Both the position numbers and the translations under genes were made by a program. This document shows positions 25,105 through 28,841 of a DNA stretch of 28,841 nt, piece by piece. The notes beneath the pieces are model-generated. The model ran no database searches and had not been told where the DNA came from. It was given only the letters and a program-made list of their open reading frames with translations. The DNA is from a bacterium (lineage in GTDB: Bacteria; Patescibacteriota; Saccharimonadia; Saccharimonadales; UBA4665). Numbering within the stretch: the first letter of the stretch is position 1; every line of letters starts with the position of its first letter. The stretch spans positions 1 to 28,841 of the forward strand of contig JAJYKI010000001.1 of NCBI GenBank assembly GCA_021788675.1. Direction: 5' to 3'.

Positions 25105-25301
25105 GTCCGCTATAAGCAGCTATCCACTGCAAGGACCGGGAAGAAACAACCCCCATAGGTTGGAGTAGAACCCGTCGGAATGGCCCGTAACAGCCAAAAT
25201 TAAGTGCTTTTGAGTAAAACCTCAAGGGAAAACGGATGGTACCGTCCTTTAGAAAAGCTGAAGGATTCCGTTAGAACTTGAGGTTTTTATTATTTAAGGA
25301 G
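25105..25301 (+). ncRNA. ileS T-box riboswitch, ultrashort Stem I (Actinobacteria-like) type
   Basis: Stem I GTCC..GCAG-CTATCCA-CTGC..GGAC with ATC at 25122-25124; Stem II with GAA/AGTA S-turn; IIA TGGC-CCGTAACA-GCCA; Stem III 25207-25228; AACGGA-TGGTACC-GTCCTT...AAGGAT-TCCGTT discriminator. Confidence 0.88.
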
Positions 25302-25309
25302 TTGTTGCA

Positions 25310-28201
25310 ATGAAATTCAAGCAGAAAAGTCGTCGACCGGCAATCGAGTACGAAAAAGATCTGATCAAGTACTGGAAAGACAATAAGATATTTGAGAAAT
25401 CGGTTGAGGAAAGACCTAAAGATGATGCCTATGTATTTTATGATGGGCCACCCTTCATAACGGGTGTGCCGCACCACGGAACGCTCTTGTCCAGCATTAC
25501 CAAGGATGCCGTCCCCAGGTACTGGACGATGAAAGGCAAACGAGTCGAAAGAGTCTGGGGATGGGACTGTCATGGTTTGCCGGCCGAAGTATTTACTGAG
25601 AAAAAACTCGGGATTAAAGACAAGCGCGATATTGGCGACAAAATATCCTTAGAGGATTATATTCTGACATGCCGGGCCAATATGGTACAGACCGGTAGTG
25701 AATGGGAGGACACGATCGACCGGATTGGTCGTTGGGTTAATTTCAAAGGCGCTTATAAAACCATGGATAAGGACTACATGGAGTCGGTTTGGTGGGCGTT
25801 TAAAGAGTTGTATGATGCCGGCAAGATATATGAAGGTGAAAAGGTTTTGCTTTACTGCATCAGAGATGCGACGCCCATATCTAAAGCTGAAGTAGCCGAG
25901 GGTAATTCATACAAGGACGATACCGATCCGTCGGTCTATGTGAAGTTAAAGCTTAAGGATAGCGACGCTTATTTATTGGCCTGGACTACCACCCCATGGA
26001 CATTGCCCTCTAACACGGCGGCCGCAGTTAATCGTGATTTGGAATATGTCGAGGTATTGGTCGGCGGCGATAAATTAATTATGGCCAGAGATCTAATGAA
26101 GCGGGTGCTGCTTGATGAAAAAAATAAGCCACTGGAATACACGGAAGTCAGAAGCTTTAAGGGCAGTGAGCTGATTGGCAAGGAGTATGAACCATTATTC
26201 GAGAACCAGGGCGAAAACGCTCACAAAGTCTGGCATGCAGACTACGTGAATGTGGATGACGGTACCGGAGTGGTGCATTTGTCTCCGGCCTACGGTGAAG
26301 AAGATTTTGAATTAGCTAAACAAAACAACATACCCATAGTATCCAATCTGGATGACTACGGTATTTATGTCAGTGGTGATTGGAAGGGCGAACAGGTCTG
26401 GGAGATAAATAAGGTTATAGCCAAGAGCTTGCACGAGCGGGGAGTCGTTTGGAAGATTGAATATATAAAGCACTCTTATCCGCATTGTCATCGTTGTGAT
26501 ACCAAGCTAATATATCGTGCGCATCCAAGTTGGTTTTTAAATATTACAGATCAGCGTGATGACATGCTGAAGCTGAATAAAAATATTAACTGGTTTCCTG
26601 AGCATATAAAAAACGGTCGGTTCGCCAAGACGGTTGAGTCGGCTCCGGATTGGAATTTGAGTCGTGACCGGTTTTGGGCTACGGCTATGCCAGTTTGGAA
26701 AGGCACTGATTCTAACGGCCAGGAGCACATAAAAGTCGTCGGCAGTTATAGCGAACTGAAGGAGCTGTCGGGTGTTGAATTGGAAGATTATCACCGGCCG
26801 TGGGTCGATGACATTACGTTTACGATTGACGGTGTTGAATATAAGCGGATAGATAAAGTTTTGGACTGCTGGTTTGAAAGCGGCAGCATGCCGTTTGCCC
26901 AATTCCATTATCCGTTTGAGAATGTAGAAAAGTTTGAAAATAACTTTCCCGGTGACTTTATCGCCGAATATGTCGGTCAGGTCAGAGCCTGGTTTTACTA
27001 TCTACACTCCTTGTCTACCGGATTATTTAACAGCAATGCATTTAAAAATGTTATCGTGACCGGCACGCTCGCCGGTAATGATGGCAGAAAAATGAGCAAA
27101 AGCTATGGCAACTATACCGACCCCAACGTTCTAATGGATCGCTATAGCGCCGATGCGCTTAGGTTTCTGTTGCTTAGCTCGCCGTTGCTTAATGCCGAAG
27201 ACTTTTCTTTGATCGACAAAGACGTCGCCGATACCAGTCGTAAGCTGGCTATGATATGGAACATTTACGACTTCTTCAGCCTGTATGCTGATGTCGATAA
27301 CTGGGAATGGGACCCCTCAAATGTCTCCGCCCCAGATTCGAACAATATTCTTGATCAATGGATAGTGTCACGCGTTCACCAGCTTAATCGATCGATAGAC
27401 GAGTCGATGCAGCACTACGATATACCCGGAGCACTAAAGCCGGTCATGGGCTTCATAGATGATGCTTCAAATTGGTATGTGCGTCGCTCTCGCAAACGTT
27501 TTTGGAAGACTGAAAACGATAGCGATAAAAACCAGGCCTATGCGACACTGCATTATGTGTTAACGCAGTTGAGCATATTGCTTGCGCCGTTTGTACCGTT
27601 CTTGTCGGAAGAGCTGTATAGGCTTTTGTGTGGCGGTGAAAGCGTGCATTTGCTTGAATGGCCCAAGGCAGGTGTTGTAGATGAAACATTAATAGAAACC
27701 ATGGGCTTTGTGCGCGACATAATAAATGAAGGTCTTAGGCAGCGCGCTGAAGCCGGCATTAAAGTCCGTCAACCGCTCAACTCGGTAACAATACATGACA
27801 CTAGATCGAGACTAACAAAAGAATTGCAGGGAATAATAGCCGAGGAGCTTAATGTTAAAAAAATCGAGGTCGATGCTAAGGAAAGTGAGCTGCCGGTGGT
27901 TGTTGACCTGCGAATCACTCCCGATCTCAAGAGAGAGGGTTTAGCCAGAGAGATTATTAGGAATGTACAGAACGCAAGAAAAAATGCCGGCCTGAACGTT
28001 GACGACAGGATAGATCTGGAGCTCGGTTCTGACAGCGGTGATCTGGTATCCGTTTATGAAGATAAGCAGCTGCAGCAAGCTATAACCAAAGAGACCCTGG
28101 CAGTCAGCATCAATCAAGGTGAGCTAGGCGACGCGTACTCAGAATTAGTTAAAGTCGAGGGTATGGAGTTAGGAATAAAGCTTAAAGTTGCTGCTAACTA
28201 G
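25310..28201 (+). CDS. ileS: Isoleucine--tRNA ligase, type 2 (IleRS2)
   Basis: FYDGPPF, HIGH variant HHGT, WGWDCHGLP, AWTTTPWTLP, WFESGSMP, KMSKS; C-terminal LKREGLAREIIR-VQ-RK domain with no Zn finger. Confidence 0.97.
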   Translation: MKFKQKSRRPAIEYEKDLIKYWKDNKIFEKSVEERPKDDAYVFYDGPPFITGVPHHGTLLSSITKDAVPRYWTMKGKRVERVWGWDCHGLPAEVFTEKKLGIKDKRDIGDKISLEDYILTCRANMVQTGSEWEDTIDRIGRWVNFKGAYKTMDKDYMESVWWAFKELYDAGKIYEGEKVLLYCIRDATPISKAEVAEGNSYKDDTDPSVYVKLKLKDSDAYLLAWTTTPWTLPSNTAAAVNRDLEYVEVLVGGDKLIMARDLMKRVLLDEKNKPLEYTEVRSFKGSELIGKEYEPLFENQGENAHKVWHADYVNVDDGTGVVHLSPAYGEEDFELAKQNNIPIVSNLDDYGIYVSGDWKGEQVWEINKVIAKSLHERGVVWKIEYIKHSYPHCHRCDTKLIYRAHPSWFLNITDQRDDMLKLNKNINWFPEHIKNGRFAKTVESAPDWNLSRDRFWATAMPVWKGTDSNGQEHIKVVGSYSELKELSGVELEDYHRPWVDDITFTIDGVEYKRIDKVLDCWFESGSMPFAQFHYPFENVEKFENNFPGDFIAEYVGQVRAWFYYLHSLSTGLFNSNAFKNVIVTGTLAGNDGRKMSKSYGNYTDPNVLMDRYSADALRFLLLSSPLLNAEDFSLIDKDVADTSRKLAMIWNIYDFFSLYADVDNWEWDPSNVSAPDSNNILDQWIVSRVHQLNRSIDESMQHYDIPGALKPVMGFIDDASNWYVRRSRKRFWKTENDSDKNQAYATLHYVLTQLSILLAPFVPFLSEELYRLLCGGESVHLLEWPKAGVVDETLIETMGFVRDIINEGLRQRAEAGIKVRQPLNSVTIHDTRSRLTKELQGIIAEELNVKKIEVDAKESELPVVVDLRITPDLKREGLAREIIRNVQNARKNAGLNVDDRIDLELGSDSGDLVSVYEDKQLQQAITKETLAVSINQGELGDAYSELVKVEGMELGIKLKVAAN

Positions 28202-28221
28202 GGCATTTTAGATCTCTCTCT

Positions 28222-28250
28222 TTGACACTTTGGTCTATCTCTGATAGAAT
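28222..28250 (+). promoter_or_regulatory. rplU promoter
   Basis: Consensus TTGACA(28222-28227), 17 bp, extended -10 TG-A-TAGAAT(28242-28250). Confidence 0.8.
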
Positions 28251-28286
28251 CTATCGGTAACTTTTAGAGAAAATAAGGTAAAACCT

Positions 28287-28592
28287 ATGAAAAAAGCCGT
28301 TATTGCAACCGGATCAAAACAGTACCTGGTAAAAGAAGGTGATGTTTTGTCGGTCGAAAAACTAACTGCCGACAAAAAAGTCGACTTCGAGCCATTACTT
28401 GTAATTGATGGAGACAAGGTAAGCGTTGGCAAGCCTAATGTAGCCGGTGCAAAGGTTTCGGCGGAGATATTGGAAGCGGACAAACTGTCCGAAAAGACAG
28501 TATCGATACGCTACAAGGCCAAAAAGCGCGTTAACACCAAGCGCGGTCACCGTCAGCATCAGACAACCATTAAGATTGCAAAAATAGCTTAG
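28287..28592 (+). CDS. rplU: 50S ribosomal protein L21
   Basis: AVIATGSKQYLVKEGD...VGKPNVAGAKV...KRGHRQHQT-xIKI. Confidence 0.96.
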   Translation: MKKAVIATGSKQYLVKEGDVLSVEKLTADKKVDFEPLLVIDGDKVSVGKPNVAGAKVSAEILEADKLSEKTVSIRYKAKKRVNTKRGHRQHQTTIKIAKIA

Positions 28593-28611
28593 GCAATCTA
28601 ATTTAAGCCGC

Positions 28612-28650
28612 TAGGGTTTGGATGTGGATAAGTCCAAACCCTATTTTTTT
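28612..28650 (+). terminator. Intrinsic terminator after rplU (loop contains TGTGGATAA)
   Basis: Perfect 11-bp stem TAGGGTTTGGA/TCCAAACCCTA, 10-nt loop, T-tract. Confidence 0.9.
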
Positions 28651-28841
28651 ATGTAGTACGAATATCTACATAAAAGCATAAGCTTTAATAAAGTGAGATT
28701 AGGTCTATTAATAATGTCTATATGGTTTAAAACTTATTAAAATTGAAAAATTAACAACGAAAATTTATAAAAAAATATAGTTTTATTTGTTCTATTACGC
28801 ACATATAAATTACTCAAAAAAACCTTGATTACACCTATGGA

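Noticed and set aside
1217-27759. Numerous alternative-frame and antisense ORFs (e.g. 1217-1573, 9523-9825, 19922-20371, 22064-22666, 26537-26908)
   Set aside because: They lie inside well-supported genes, lack recognisable motifs and look like shadow ORFs
28704-28731. dif-like site TCTATTAATAA-TGTCTA-TATGGTTTAAA
   Set aside because: ATAATGTCTA resembles E. coli dif, but the normally well-conserved XerD arm matches TTATGTTAAAT at only 6 of 11 positions in very AT-rich DNA
1-28841. CRISPR arrays, IS elements, prophage genes, tRNAs, stop-codon reassignment
   Set aside because: No repeat-spacer arrays, transposase/integrase or capsid/terminase ORFs, or cloverleafs seen; TGA terminates yqeY, nrdR and the 2043 ORF normally

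Overview
Bacterial chromosome segment, most likely Patescibacteria (CPR), probably Saccharibacteria. This is inferred from a DUF5663-like gene, a short IF2, a KGG stress protein and the compact gene order. TGA is used as a stop codon, so genetic code 11 applies. Order along the window: 3' part of a 5S rRNA with terminator; KGG stress protein; HEXXH/Zn-ribbon protein and ROK kinase (minus strand); a 7-gene cell-envelope island (2043-8943); rpsA-infB; DUF5663; priA-def-fmt (minus); stand-alone wHTH; rpsU-yqeY-adk-map; ftsA-ftsZ; nrdR-nrdJ; a Cys-less thioredoxin-fold protein; T-box-ileS; rplU with terminator; an AT-rich tail. Two highlights. (1) A WxL/Csc-like surface-assembly locus: three secreted paralogues share a Trp-less C-terminal domain ending V-x-x-(P/G)-x-F, followed by a membrane-tethered DUF916/DUF3324-like partner and an Ig+PKD anchor. 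Next to it lie a membrane-anchored tail-fibre-like protein and a peptidase-G2-like membrane protein. (2) An Actinobacteria-type ileS T-box riboswitch (ultrashort Stem I, AUC specifier) with an unusual alternative 11-bp helix. Also notable: many leaderless or near-leaderless promoters, tandem NrdR-box-like sites, and structured leaders before rpsA and nrdJ. Family assignments come from motif recognition by eye; no database searches were run.
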